64,000 nucleotides of DNA from sequence record NC_070992.1; one strand, 5' to 3'. The position numbers and the translations under genes are program-made. This DNA is from Escherichia phage Paul. The notes under the pieces were generated by a model. That model searched no databases. It was not told where the DNA came from and saw only the letters and a program-made list of their open reading frames with translations. Positions 10,636-22,418 of the stretch are shown here, piece after piece (positions within the stretch are counted from its first letter, which is position 1; every line of letters begins with the position of its first letter).

Positions 10636-12291
10636 ATGCAACAGACAACTTACGCTCAGGTCAGAAGTCGTGACCCGAGAAATACTTTCTATGGTGTTAA
10701 TCCGGGAGCGGCTTCGGCCTCTCCTTATATGGCTAGACCTACTCAGACAGCAGATGTTTCTATGTACCAGCGTCCTGCTGTACCTTCATCTCTCGCAGGT
10801 CTTGTCTCTCAAGCAGAAGAAGATCAGAATGCTATGGTGAATCCGGGATTTCAGCAACGTCTTATGGAACAACAGAATCAAGGAACCCCAACAAGTCTTC
10901 AGGGTATTGATATTGGAGAACCAGCCACTGTAGCAGCTAATCCTAATTTATCCACTGATCAAGGTTTACAAGATGCGGGACTTATGCCTAGTGATCCTCT
11001 TCCGGTAACACCCCCTACTAAACCACTAGAAGCTGGTCCTATGGAGTTTACTCCTTCTCAAGTAGAACAAGCACAAGGTGTTGTTAACACTCTTGCTCAA
11101 GGTCAGGACACTGGTGATGGTATGGCTGCTGCTACTCGTGCTAAAGATCAGGAACGTGTTAACAACGATATCTTGCAAGTTGCGAAAGCTAAAGACCCTT
11201 CAGAAGCTTGGAACAAACTACAGAAAGAACCATTCTATCAGAACTCTAGTTTCTATACAGGTTTGATGGGTGTAGGTCTTTCCATTATGTCAGGTAAGTC
11301 TCCTATTGAAGCTTTCCAGATTGGTCAGGGAATGGCTAACCAAGATGAGACTAAGAAGCAACTAGAAGCTAATCGTGATGCCCTGATTGAACAAGGTTTC
11401 TCTCAAGACTCAATTGCAGCTGCTATTGCTAACGGAGACCCATCTCTACTGAAGATGAGAGCTGTAGACCCTGCTCAGAAAGAAGCGTTGTATGCTGCTC
11501 GTGAAGAACGACAAAATGCTGAATGGGATAGACGTCAACAGATTCAAGAGCAAACTATGCGTGAGCGTGCTGATGAAACTCGTCGTGCCGCTGAAGAAAG
11601 GGCTAACATGAACTTCGAACGTCAGAAAGAGTTGATTGGCTATCGTGATAAAGTTAAGGCTGAACGTGCTGAACAAGCTGCTCAGAGTTTTAACTTTAAT
11701 CCGAAAGAAGTTCGTCTTGCTCAGAACACAGCTGAAGGTACGGTTGCTAAGCAGTGGGCAGAGAAAGGTGGTCTGTTTAACCAGTCTAACAAAGACTTGG
11801 ATTTGGCTGATAAGGCTGTTAAGGATAAAGATTATCAGACAGCTCGTTCTGCTTACATGCAGGCTATTATGAACTCCGCAAGGGCTGAAATCGGTGCTAC
11901 TCGTTCTCTTACCGAAGAAGACTTGGGGCACTTTGCAGAAGACCCGTCAATCTTCGTTCGTGTTGGCAACAAGTTTGCACTGAAATCTGGATGGCGTCCT
12001 ACTGATTCTGCTCTTGCTTATGCTCGTAAGCAGGCTAACGTTGGTCACACCTCTGCAATGAAAGGTGTTGCTGATGCTAAGAGAGCTACGATTGAAGCTT
12101 ATATTGGTTCTGGTATGGATAAGAAGAGGGCTACTGCATTGGTCAACCGTGCAATCCCTTCTGGCGGTTTCTATGACCCTCTAGGTGTTTTCTCTGAACA
12201 AGCGGAAGAAGCAGTTGGTGGTGCAGCAACCAATCCTAAGCTTAATGGTGCTTTATCAGCTGTCGAAGACACTAGCTGGTTCACTCAATAA
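10636..12291 (+). CDS. putative internal virion protein
   Basis: 551-aa ORF with SD, in the structural block; charged coiled-coil-like middle region. Confidence 0.35.
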   Translation: MQQTTYAQVRSRDPRNTFYGVNPGAASASPYMARPTQTADVSMYQRPAVPSSLAGLVSQAEEDQNAMVNPGFQQRLMEQQNQGTPTSLQGIDIGEPATVAANPNLSTDQGLQDAGLMPSDPLPVTPPTKPLEAGPMEFTPSQVEQAQGVVNTLAQGQDTGDGMAAATRAKDQERVNNDILQVAKAKDPSEAWNKLQKEPFYQNSSFYTGLMGVGLSIMSGKSPIEAFQIGQGMANQDETKKQLEANRDALIEQGFSQDSIAAAIANGDPSLLKMRAVDPAQKEALYAAREERQNAEWDRRQQIQEQTMRERADETRRAAEERANMNFERQKELIGYRDKVKAERAEQAAQSFNFNPKEVRLAQNTAEGTVAKQWAEKGGLFNQSNKDLDLADKAVKDKDYQTARSAYMQAIMNSARAEIGATRSLTEEDLGHFAEDPSIFVRVGNKFALKSGWRPTDSALAYARKQANVGHTSAMKGVADAKRATIEAYIGSGMDKKRATALVNRAIPSGGFYDPLGVFSEQAEEAVGGAATNPKLNGALSAVEDTSWFTQ

Positions 12292-12311
12292 GACCTAAGT
12301 CCTGCCTTCTA

Positions 12312-12320
12312 TAATGTATA
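12312..12320 (+). promoter_or_regulatory. TAATGTATA motif (candidate phage-sigma promoter element)
   Basis: Exact 9-mer about 40 nt upstream of the ATG at 12359; one of four copies in the window. Confidence 0.45.
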
Positions 12321-12358
12321 TAGGGGGTAGGACATTTTTATTTATAAAAGGAGACGTT

Positions 12359-15300
12359 ATGGCTAACATTAAACCGTGGGAAGAAGCTTCCAAAGCTCCT
12401 GCGTATCTGAATGCCTCTCCGGAGCAACAAGCTCAAATGAGAGAACAATATAAGGCAGCAGGTGGCTCTATTCCTGAGGAACAACCAGTAGCACAACCAC
12501 AACAAGAAGAACGTGGTGCTATAGGTGAGTTTGCTCAAGGTGTGTCAAATGCTCTTCAATCCGGTGGTGCAAATATTGCAGCTAGTGCTGCTAAAGGTAT
12601 TGGTGGTTTAGTTGAGATTGGTGAGAATCTAGCTGGAGCACAAACTAGTTACGGTAAGCGTATCCAAGAAAACTCTCAGAACCTTCTGAAAGAACGTATG
12701 GATAAGATTGAGGATGGGATTGGTAAAACTGTTGGTCAGTATGCTGGTGTTGCTGGTGATATTGGTATGACTGTTGCTAACCCATTAGCTGCTGCTGCTA
12801 TCATCGCAGGTCGTGAGACAGGTCGTGCATATGCAGACCAAACCCCTGAAGAGGGAGAAGATAAGTCTATTCTAGATGCAGCCTTAGTTGGTGGTGCTAA
12901 CTATGCGGCTCAGAGAATCCTTCCGGGTGCTGTTGGTACAGCTGAGTCCACACTTGGACGTATCGGTCAGAACGTTGCTAGTAACGCAGTGGCTGGTGCT
13001 AAAGGCGGTGCTCTTGTAGGTGCTGCTGAAGCTCAGAACAAGCATGGAGATGATACAACCTTTGCTAATGTATTAGAGGGTGCTATCGAAGAAGGTGCTA
13101 TGGGTGCTGCATTCGGTGGTGCAGTTGGTGGGGTTCACGGTTTGATTAGCCGTCCGGATTCTGCTGTCTTCAAGAATACTCCAGAGTATGCGAAGACTGA
13201 TATTGCTGCTGATGACGAACTGATTCGTAGTGCTAAGAATGTTGATGAATTGAAAGAGGCTTACTCTAAAGCTGAAACTGCTAACGCTGCTTCTGCTCTG
13301 AACCTTCTCGATGAGAATGGATTCCGTATTACAGATGCTGTTGCTGTAGATTCTCCTCCTGCTCAGCGTATTCTTAATACTGACCAAGCTCGTGCTGAGA
13401 AAGCTGCTTCCGTTCAGAAAGAGCATTCCAACATTCCGGGCCTTAATCCTTTAGCTTCTCCTGCTAAGACTCGTGGTAAAGCTTTCGCTGATAATGAGCA
13501 CAACCAGAAGCAGGCTGTTGCTATGAAGGATGCAATGGCTGATTACACCAAAGACAACACGAAAGCTCTTACAGATGTTCTAGATAACCTAGATCGTGAA
13601 TTAACATCCCTACGAGCTTCTGGTAATTTTACTGGTAGTCCGATTGATATTAAGAATCGTACACAAGCTGACCGTGACTTCATTGATGCTTACAAGACTT
13701 TCTACAATGAAGCAAATCGATTCAAAGCTCGTGAAGGTGAAGACTTTAATAACTTTGTAGAGAAAGCTGCTGAACTACAAAAGATGGCTGATAATGTTTC
13801 TCCAGAGATGAAGAAAGCTATCGGTGGGTTGAAGAAACTGAAAGGTATGCCTGAAGGTTTTAATCCTATCCAAGATGCTTACACTCTGAACAATACAGCT
13901 AAGTTCATGAGCAATCAAGATCGTGGTTGGACTTCCCTGACTGATGATGGCTTCCGTGAGGCTTCTTCACCTAGTCTGGTAATGAACACTCTCGGTGCTG
14001 CTAAGTATGCTCTGAATCGCTTCTCTTCTCAGCGTGCTCGCTCTCAACGTGTTAAGCAACAAGAATCTAACAGTGAAGCTATCCGCTCTCTTGCTCGTGG
14101 TGATTTGGAAGTTGCTCGTGCTAAATCTACTGCTGATGAAGCTCGTGCTAAGATGGAAGAAGAACCAGTTGTTGATGACATTAAATTTAAGACGCAAAAT
14201 GACGTGGAAACCGAACCGGTTCGGGAGCCTTCTTCTAGTACTGTGACGGAAGAAAATCTTCCTTCTTCTGCTCCTCAAGAAACCCCTCTTACAGCTCGTG
14301 ATTTAGTTGCGCAAAGACGTGCTATCCGTCAGGCTGAACAGCGTCGCGCTGAAGAAGAGGCATTGGCTGCTCAAGAAGCTCCGGTCGAACAAGCTCCACA
14401 GGCTGAACCTCTCCCTGCTCGTAATCCTTTAGAGGAGCGTCGTGCAATGGAACAGCAACGTGCTCAAGAAGAGGCCGCACAGGCTCCAGAACCCACTGTA
14501 GAGGAACCAACAGTTAAAGCTGAGCCATTACCTGCCCGTGCTCCTAAAGCTCCTAAGGAAGCTGTACAGGACGTTAAACCGGCAAGTGGTGTAGAACGTT
14601 TAGCTGCTATGTCTAGTGCTGCTCGTCAGGCTACCAAAGATCGTGCAGAACGCTTTGCTCGTTCTCTGTACTCTAAGGCTGCTAAAGCTAAAGCTACTGC
14701 TGAAAACTTCTTGGCTTATAAAGGTGATCCTAAGGAATTGATGCGTCGTATTCGTCAGGAAGATAATGCTATCAACACTGAACGTCATGAAGAAATGGCT
14801 CGTAACCAGCTGGCTTCTCAGCAAGGTATTGCTACTGCTAAGAACAACACTGTACGAACTAATTTTGCTGAATGGGTTAAGGAACGTGGTCTGCCAGAAG
14901 ACATTGCTACTAAGGCATTACGTGCTGAAGAGAAAGGTTTAGGTGGGAACGTTACTAACTTGGATAGTCTGAAACGTCGTGCTGAAAGGTTGTATCAGAA
15001 GCAGCGTGAGGATGAATTTGATAGATTGTATCAACAAGCTCTAGAAGAGAACAAAGCTTTCGATAAGAAAGATGCTCCTAAACTGGTTGACCAGAAGAAA
15101 GAGCTTCAGTCTGAGATTGATACTTTGATTGATTCTGAACCTTTACGTCCTGCTCAGAAAGATGCTATGCGTAAGCTGATGAATGACTTTGTAGATGGGA
15201 AGTTTAAATCTTCAGAGAAGGCTGGTAGGGAAGAGGCTTTGGAAGTTGGTCAGATGAAGGATATTTGGGATGGGTTTATTAACACCTATAACAGAGAAGT

Positions 15301-16780
15301 GAATGCCTTCAACAAAGCTAACAAGAACTCTCAGTATGAAGCTGCTGCTAAGCATTTACAGGCTCGTGAAGAACGTCTTGCTACTCTGAGAAACAAAGCT
15401 CAGGCTCGTTCAGATGCTAAGGCTGCTGTTGAGAACGAACGTAAAACTTTAGAGGCTATTGCAGCTCAGAAGAGTGAGATTGAGAAGATGATGGAAGGTT
15501 TACCTAAACCTGTTCGTGAGGCTCAGGAATCTCGTACATTGAAACAGTTGGCTGCTCACCACGATAAGAACTCTCCAGTTCCTCCAGAGAAGTTCCGTAG
15601 TTACATTGAACGTATCCATAACGCCGAGTCAGACTACCTTGATCGTCAGCGTCGTTTAACTGATGCAGAGGAAGATGCTCGTCAGGCCAAGTGGAACAAG
15701 ATGTATGAGCAAGCGGAAGAAATGAACCGTAAGTTTGATGTGGACAAGAGAGTTAAGCGCAGTGAAGAGCTTAAAGCGGCCCAAGAGCGTGAGAATGACC
15801 TTATGGCAGTACAACGTCAACGTGATGACATTCATCGCCGCCTGATGCGTACTATGGAAGATAAGGGCATATCTAGAGAGGATGCTGAAGCATTTGCTGG
15901 TTCCTATATGGATAACCGTTATGCACTTCTTGAGAAGCCTATGACTCCTACTGAACATCAGAATGCTCGTTCTCGTATCGAAGCTGATGTTGAGAAGTTT
16001 GCTAAGAAGTACGAATCAATGACTCCTATCGAGAAAGAGATTGTTAAGGTTACTGGAGATACTGAAGGTAAGCTTGATAACTTGGATGCGGATACTAGGA
16101 AGGCTATTGAGGAGGCTCAGAAGGTTGACTCTGATATTAAGAAACTGCAAGAGGAAGAGTTGGAGATGGAGAAGATTCGTTCTGCTCTGCCTGATGATGA
16201 AAGATCTCAAGCAAATTCTGATATCTTGGAAAGCATTAAACAACAGGAAGAGGTCTTTGCTGATAAAGTAGAGAAAGCTTTCTTGAGTGGGAAGAGCTTG
16301 GATGAGTTGGCTAGTGTGGCTGAAGTTTTAGACAGGGTTCATGGTGCAGATAAGGCTGGTAACAACCGTCGCTTTGTACGTGCATTGCAGACTGCTGCTG
16401 AAAACAAGAAGAAGTATGGTGATAATCCAGTAGCTTGGTTTAGTGCTGATGATTATTCTGCTATTGCTAAACTTGGTGCTTCTTCCGCAGGTGGTAACAA
16501 ATCTAGAGCACTGGAGAAGATCTTTGGTTCTACAGCTGAACAGGCTAAGAGTAAGTTGCTTGGCAGGGATGATGTAGCGAAGATGAGACGTGTGATTGAA
16601 GAGAACCCTGATGTTAAGATTCCTTCTTACAAGACAACGAATCGTACTGAGTACTTGCAGTTCTTGGAGAAGTTTAATGACGAAGGGAAGCCGAAGATTA
16701 AACGTGGCTCATTGTCAGAGAAGCTTGAACGCAGTAAGCGTCAATCGAGACTCCGTGTAAGAGTTCGACCTAAGGAGTGA
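12359..16780 (+). CDS. large internal virion/ejection protein (about 1473 aa)
   Basis: Track ORF 12314..16780; probable start MANIKPWEE at 12359 after SD AAAGGAG; long Ala/Glu/Lys/Arg-rich helical protein. Confidence 0.45.
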   Translation: MANIKPWEEASKAPAYLNASPEQQAQMREQYKAAGGSIPEEQPVAQPQQEERGAIGEFAQGVSNALQSGGANIAASAAKGIGGLVEIGENLAGAQTSYGKRIQENSQNLLKERMDKIEDGIGKTVGQYAGVAGDIGMTVANPLAAAAIIAGRETGRAYADQTPEEGEDKSILDAALVGGANYAAQRILPGAVGTAESTLGRIGQNVASNAVAGAKGGALVGAAEAQNKHGDDTTFANVLEGAIEEGAMGAAFGGAVGGVHGLISRPDSAVFKNTPEYAKTDIAADDELIRSAKNVDELKEAYSKAETANAASALNLLDENGFRITDAVAVDSPPAQRILNTDQARAEKAASVQKEHSNIPGLNPLASPAKTRGKAFADNEHNQKQAVAMKDAMADYTKDNTKALTDVLDNLDRELTSLRASGNFTGSPIDIKNRTQADRDFIDAYKTFYNEANRFKAREGEDFNNFVEKAAELQKMADNVSPEMKKAIGGLKKLKGMPEGFNPIQDAYTLNNTAKFMSNQDRGWTSLTDDGFREASSPSLVMNTLGAAKYALNRFSSQRARSQRVKQQESNSEAIRSLARGDLEVARAKSTADEARAKMEEEPVVDDIKFKTQNDVETEPVREPSSSTVTEENLPSSAPQETPLTARDLVAQRRAIRQAEQRRAEEEALAAQEAPVEQAPQAEPLPARNPLEERRAMEQQRAQEEAAQAPEPTVEEPTVKAEPLPARAPKAPKEAVQDVKPASGVERLAAMSSAARQATKDRAERFARSLYSKAAKAKATAENFLAYKGDPKELMRRIRQEDNAINTERHEEMARNQLASQQGIATAKNNTVRTNFAEWVKERGLPEDIATKALRAEEKGLGGNVTNLDSLKRRAERLYQKQREDEFDRLYQQALEENKAFDKKDAPKLVDQKKELQSEIDTLIDSEPLRPAQKDAMRKLMNDFVDGKFKSSEKAGREEALEVGQMKDIWDGFINTYNREVNAFNKANKNSQYEAAAKHLQAREERLATLRNKAQARSDAKAAVENERKTLEAIAAQKSEIEKMMEGLPKPVREAQESRTLKQLAAHHDKNSPVPPEKFRSYIERIHNAESDYLDRQRRLTDAEEDARQAKWNKMYEQAEEMNRKFDVDKRVKRSEELKAAQERENDLMAVQRQRDDIHRRLMRTMEDKGISREDAEAFAGSYMDNRYALLEKPMTPTEHQNARSRIEADVEKFAKKYESMTPIEKEIVKVTGDTEGKLDNLDADTRKAIEEAQKVDSDIKKLQEEELEMEKIRSALPDDERSQANSDILESIKQQEEVFADKVEKAFLSGKSLDELASVAEVLDRVHGADKAGNNRRFVRALQTAAENKKKYGDNPVAWFSADDYSAIAKLGASSAGGNKSRALEKIFGSTAEQAKSKLLGRDDVAKMRRVIEENPDVKIPSYKTTNRTEYLQFLEKFNDEGKPKIKRGSLSEKLERSKRQSRLRVRVRPKE

Positions 16781-16785
16781 TAAAA

Positions 16786-16830
16786 GAAAAGCCCTCAAGG
16801 AGAAATCCAAGAGGGCTTTATTTGTTTCTA
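16786..16830. terminator. bidirectional intrinsic terminator between convergent gene blocks
   Basis: AAAGCCCTC..(GGA-GAAA-TCC)..GAGGGCTTT hairpin flanked by T-rich tracts on both strands; plus-strand block ends at 16780, minus-strand block ends at 17144. Confidence 0.6.
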
Positions 16831-17143
16831 AGTTTTAAAAACCATCAAATTCGTCATACATCCCAATTTTCTTCAGAAGTCTGGATGTTCATCTTCAAAG
16901 CATCCTGAGATGCCTCCATAGAACCAATCTGATTTACTTCCAAGGATAACAACTTCTTCATTCATATACCCTCCTAGATTGTGTTTATAAAATTAGTAAG
17001 TTTCTCTTCACTTTCATCAAAAGCTTTTCCAGCTGCTCCCATCTCCCAAGTATCGGCATTGTCAATAAAGCTCTGAGCTTCTAATAGATCGTGGATTAAG
17101 TCGAAGAGTTTATTTTTATCTGCTTGTGTGATCATGTCAGTTC

Positions 17144-17401
17144 CTAGATTAAATCGTAATACTGAATAATGTCAGAGAGTTTGAACTCTCGAATCTCATC
17201 TTTATCTACATCTATCGCTGTCATAATCCAACAAGGTTTGCCACCGTTATGAAAACGGGAGCTAGCAACGGAGGTTCGGAGTGGAATAACGGACCGGTCA
17301 GCAACCTCGCCTCTCCAATTGCGATAGCGAAAGCGAAGCACTTGTTGCGTAGATTTTTGATCATCACTCATTTCCTTTTTTGAATTGTTTTCTTGCATCA
17401 T
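17144..17401 (-). CDS. hypothetical protein
   Basis: Track ORF 17144..17512; probable start at the internal Met pair to limit overlap with the HNH gene. Confidence 0.3.
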   Translation of the reverse strand: MMQENNSKKEMSDDQKSTQQVLRFRYRNWRGEVADRSVIPLRTSVASSRFHNGGKPCWIMTAIDVDKDEIREFKLSDIIQYYDLI

Positions 17402-17765
17402 TCTCTTCTTTTGTTTTAATCTTATGACAAGGGTCTTTACACAGAACCTGAAAACCTTCTTTCTCACACAGAGCACGAGAGATGATCTCATCCCAAGTTG
17501 CTTCGTGGTCAAGAGGAACTATAGGTTCTATGTGGTCAATAGCCATATCCTTTACAGGGTGGTCAGAACCACACATGGCACACTTAAAGTGCATTGCCAG
17601 TCTACCTGTCTTTGGATTAATCTTCTGCTCTGTCTTGGCGTCTGCTAGTGCATCGAACATGGGCTTCCACTTTCTAGTCAGAGAACGAATCCCTGACTTG
17701 ATGAAAGAGTTGTAACGAGCTTCAGTCCACATTCCACTACAGCGAGTCTTCTCAGACTTCGCCAT
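17364..17765 (-). CDS. HNH endonuclease
   Basis: CAMCGS...DHIEPI...LCKDPCHKIKT matches the HNH zinc-finger nuclease motif. Confidence 0.7.
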   Translation of the reverse strand: MAKSEKTRCSGMWTEARYNSFIKSGIRSLTRKWKPMFDALADAKTEQKINPKTGRLAMHFKCAMCGSDHPVKDMAIDHIEPIVPLDHEATWDEIISRALCEKEGFQVLCKDPCHKIKTKEENDARKQFKKGNE

Positions 17766-17944
17766 AATCAGCTTCTTCCCAAACTCGTTTGTTTACACGA
17801 TGACTCACCTTACCCTCACGAGGAATACGACCAGTTCTCTGATCAAACAGTTGATGTTTAATCTTTTGGTCTTTACGAGATTCACGGTTGGAGGAGTTTT
17901 CATCATATGAACGATAATCAAATTTACCCATTATAATATCCTTA

Positions 17945-18763
17945 TTACCAAGATTTATCTAACCATGTCCAGTCGAACAGGTCTTCCGGAGTCTGACCAA
18001 CAAAGAGAAGCCGAGCATTCTCGAGCATCTTCTCTTCATCTTCAGTATCGAACTTCTTATAATATTCCATTCGTACTATATGATACATGGTCCACTTATC
18101 TGTAACACCAGCCAACAGACTAGCTGCTGCTTTCTTCCCGACACCTTGACGTCGTAGCTGGAGCTTACCGCCCCACATAACTTCTTTACGTTCACCACAT
18201 CCGGGAATGTTATCTGTCCCATCCCCAATCAACATTTGATAGAAGAAATTTTGCCATGATACCAAGTCAGATACATAATGAGGAGGTACTTCTCTTTGTT
18301 TCTCTCCACAGGCCCAACGATAGTGCCATCCGGGAGTTATTAATAAATCTTTGTCTCTGGTACAGATGATAGTGTTCTTATCTCTACGCTGCCTCTCAGC
18401 TAGAGCATCATCGGCCTCTCTTCCAAATACATCAATATATTCGTACTTGCCTTTAATGTAATCACCAACGTTTTGCCAGTGAAAAGGTCTTTCTCCTGGA
18501 GGTCTGTTTGCTTTGTAACCTTGTTGCTTGGCAACATCGAAACGGAAGTTACCGCCTTCGCTGAAGTAGAATACAACCTTATTACAACCTGAGCGATCAA
18601 TGATAGTATCTATCTTATACTGAAGTCGTTCAATCATGAAATTGTAATCAACTGGAACACGTCCTGTGTCAAGAAAGGGATGCTCCTGAGTAAGAGCACC
18701 CACTTCATACCGAAGAACGTCAGCGTCCACTATAGCAACTTCAGGGAGCTTAACGTCTTCCAT
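17945..18763 (-). CDS. 5'-3' exonuclease / flap endonuclease (T7 gp6 / T5 D15-like)
   Basis: TRDKDLL and GDGTDNIPG motifs typical of the FEN PIN-like and H3TH regions. Confidence 0.75.
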   Translation of the reverse strand: MEDVKLPEVAIVDADVLRYEVGALTQEHPFLDTGRVPVDYNFMIERLQYKIDTIIDRSGCNKVVFYFSEGGNFRFDVAKQQGYKANRPPGERPFHWQNVGDYIKGKYEYIDVFGREADDALAERQRRDKNTIICTRDKDLLITPGWHYRWACGEKQREVPPHYVSDLVSWQNFFYQMLIGDGTDNIPGCGERKEVMWGGKLQLRRQGVGKKAAASLLAGVTDKWTMYHIVRMEYYKKFDTEDEEKMLENARLLFVGQTPEDLFDWTWLDKSW

Positions 18764-18764
18764 A

Positions 18765-19288
18765 TTATTCTCCTAACAGCTTACGAATTTCACTACGGAA
18801 GTTATCATACTCTTCAGGATATTCAAACCCACACTCAAGAAGGGCATAATGAACAACCTTCAGCAAATCCTGAACCTTATTCTTATCTCTGTGTCGATAA
18901 GCGTATTTGATCATATTGGTTTGTTGGAAGTTCAACTGAGGGTTTGCATGGTAAAACTCAATAGGTTGAATCATTTTATTATTGGGGTTATAATGGGAAC
19001 CTCCCACCATAGATGCTAATGCTGGATTACCTTGAGATGCCATTTCTAATTGCTCCGTGTGGTCGTGTGTGTAATCTACTAAAGAAGCCTTGTTACCAGT
19101 CACTTTAGGTAAAATTGCGCTAGCTGTTTCTGTGTACTTACCGCCATCAACATTAATTTGAAACTCCACAAGTTCATCCTGTAGTTCATACCCTGATAAG
19201 CTTGATAGCTCCTCTAGCTCATCTCTGAGGAAGTTTGTGTGCTTTCTTTGGGTTGCAAGTGCTTTCTTTAAAAGAACTATTTCTTCAC

Positions 19289-19298
<10 letters not shown>
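18765..19298 (-). CDS. hypothetical protein
   Basis: 177-aa ORF with coiled-coil N-terminus; no confident domain call. Confidence 0.35.
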
Positions 19299-20784
<1,486 letters not shown>

Positions 20785-20785
<1 letters not shown>

Positions 20786-21042
20786 TATTCTATTCCACGC
20801 TCTTTCAGAGCTTCTAACAATCCATTGTGATTAGCAGCACATTCTGTGTACTGGTCCTGATACCACTCCAACGTAGTGGCTAGTGCTTTTCCTTGAGCAC
20901 TTTCTAAAAGAGGTAGGTCAACCCTACATTCAGCTTTTAGGTTTGTTGGTAAGGGCATTGATTGCCTGCTGTTGTCGCTCGTTGAACAAGCTGACATACT
21001 CATCACTAGCGCAGACATTATAAAAAACTGGTTTAGTTTTCT
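20785..21042 (-). CDS. putative o-spanin (outer-membrane lipoprotein), overlapped with the i-spanin gene
   Basis: Internal Met start MRKLNQFFIMSALVMSMSAC gives signal plus lipobox-like MSAC; short Cys-containing periplasmic part; starts inside the upstream gene in another frame. Confidence 0.35.
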
Positions 21043-21304
21043 CATAATGCATCTCTTTATAAACGGTTTCCGTGTTCTTCTTCCAGTTAGATAAACCGGT
21101 AAGAACTCTCTGAGCAACTTCATCAGCTGCTCTACTTCTTTCAATCTCTAACTCTTGTTGATGTTTCTCTTTATCCAGATTGCTACTGTCTGTTTGGTAC
21201 TCGTTAAACTTCATACCACCAAAGAATACAAGAGCTGAGAAAACGATAAACCCTAAGTTATCACTTAATGTGTTTTGCATGTTATCTCCAACGAAAAAAG
21301 CCAC
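20930..21304 (-). CDS. putative i-spanin (N-terminal TM plus periplasmic coiled coil)
   Basis: TM segment LGFIVFSALVFFGG followed by a charged helical region; 3' end overlaps the o-spanin candidate as in Rz/Rz1. Confidence 0.4.
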   Translation of the reverse strand: MAFFVGDNMQNTLSDNLGFIVFSALVFFGGMKFNEYQTDSSNLDKEKHQQELEIERSRAADEVAQRVLTGLSNWKKNTETVYKEMHYEKTKPVFYNVCASDEYVSLFNERQQQAINALTNKPKS

Positions 21305-21337
21305 CCGGAGGTGGCTAAGCTATAACAAGGAGAGTTA

Positions 21338-22084
21338 TTAGAATGGGCTATCGTTGTCGTCTTCATAAGTAGAAGCAGGCTCTTTATCAATCGTAGGGAT
21401 TGAAGGAGTAGCTTCTTTCTGTTCTGTTTCAGAAGCACGAGTAATTTCACGACCAGCCAGAGGCATGTTCTTAGCGTCATTAGCTTGAGTAAGCAGGTTG
21501 CGCTGGAACGGGAACATTAGTTGATAGGATGCTACGTTCTCATCAGTTTCAGCATACGGTTCGAAGAATACCAGAGGACTACGAGCTTCACCAACTGCTG
21601 CACGATATTTGGTTGGGATTGGAGAAATGGTTTTGATGGAGTTTTTAACTTCACCAGCTTTGTTAGTGTAAGAGTTAACCAGAATGTTAACAGGCTGGCC
21701 TAACAGAACATCCTTGAACCAAGACAGATCACCTTTCAGTGCTTGAATGCTTGGGTCAATCATCTTGCAAAGATCAAGAATACCAGAGTTCTTAGCTCGT
21801 GGGTTTACATCATAGCTCTTGAACTGGCAAGCCGGACGTGGTTCTAATGCCTTACCATCGGAATCTTTACCAGTAGCATCAACACCAATCAGCTCGAAAG
21901 CCAAATCCATACGGAAAGCCGGATTCTTAGGAGTTACTGCTTTGGTCTTCGGGTCAATCCAAGGGTCACGATTGTGAACACCCAAACCTACTACACGAAC
22001 GATACGTGCTTCGTATTCACCATCAGGGATTACATCGTAGTTGGATTTACGGGAAGCAGTTGCGATAGTTGGAATCATAGACAT
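21338..22084 (-). CDS. putative single-stranded DNA-binding protein
   Basis: 248 aa with acidic C-terminal tip ...YEDDNDSPF reminiscent of the SSB tail (DDDIPF); neighbours replication genes. Confidence 0.45.
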   Translation of the reverse strand: MSMIPTIATASRKSNYDVIPDGEYEARIVRVVGLGVHNRDPWIDPKTKAVTPKNPAFRMDLAFELIGVDATGKDSDGKALEPRPACQFKSYDVNPRAKNSGILDLCKMIDPSIQALKGDLSWFKDVLLGQPVNILVNSYTNKAGEVKNSIKTISPIPTKYRAAVGEARSPLVFFEPYAETDENVASYQLMFPFQRNLLTQANDAKNMPLAGREITRASETEQKEATPSIPTIDKEPASTYEDDNDSPF

Positions 22085-22143
22085 ATTGTAATTTCCTTAT
22101 TTAATTTGAAAGATTGTTGCTCTCTTTGAGCGGTTATGTATAG

Positions 22144-22152
22144 TATACATTA
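22144..22152 (-). promoter_or_regulatory. TAATGTATA motif on the minus strand (candidate phage-sigma promoter)
   Basis: Forward TATACATTA; sits about 60 nt upstream of the SSB-like gene start at 22084. Confidence 0.45.
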
Positions 22153-22215
22153 CGCTTATACCGATAAGAGTACTATATAATATAAGTATCTTTGGTAGTA
22201 GATATAACACACCAG

Positions 22216-22224
22216 TAATGTATA
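22216..22224 (+). promoter_or_regulatory. TAATGTATA motif on the plus strand, divergent from the 22144 copy
   Basis: Exact 9-mer in the 334-bp intergenic region; no obvious plus-strand ORF downstream. Confidence 0.35.
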
Positions 22225-22418
22225 TATTGTATAGCTGATAAAGTTATTGCAGGCTTGTATATTGGGCAATTCACAGAACCCCTTGCAAGTACCGAAGGGC
22301 AGGAGCCACCTGCGAGATAAAAATAGAGAATTAAGGAATCCTTGATTTAGGTTGAGGACTCCTAGGACTTTGATTCTCTATTAAAATCAAAAGAAAACTT
22401 AACTTAAAACAATAACTT

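Noticed and set aside
21265-21480. 71-aa Leu/Lys-rich ORF
   Set aside because: Overlaps the start of the SSB-like gene and the i-spanin region in another frame; low-complexity translation.
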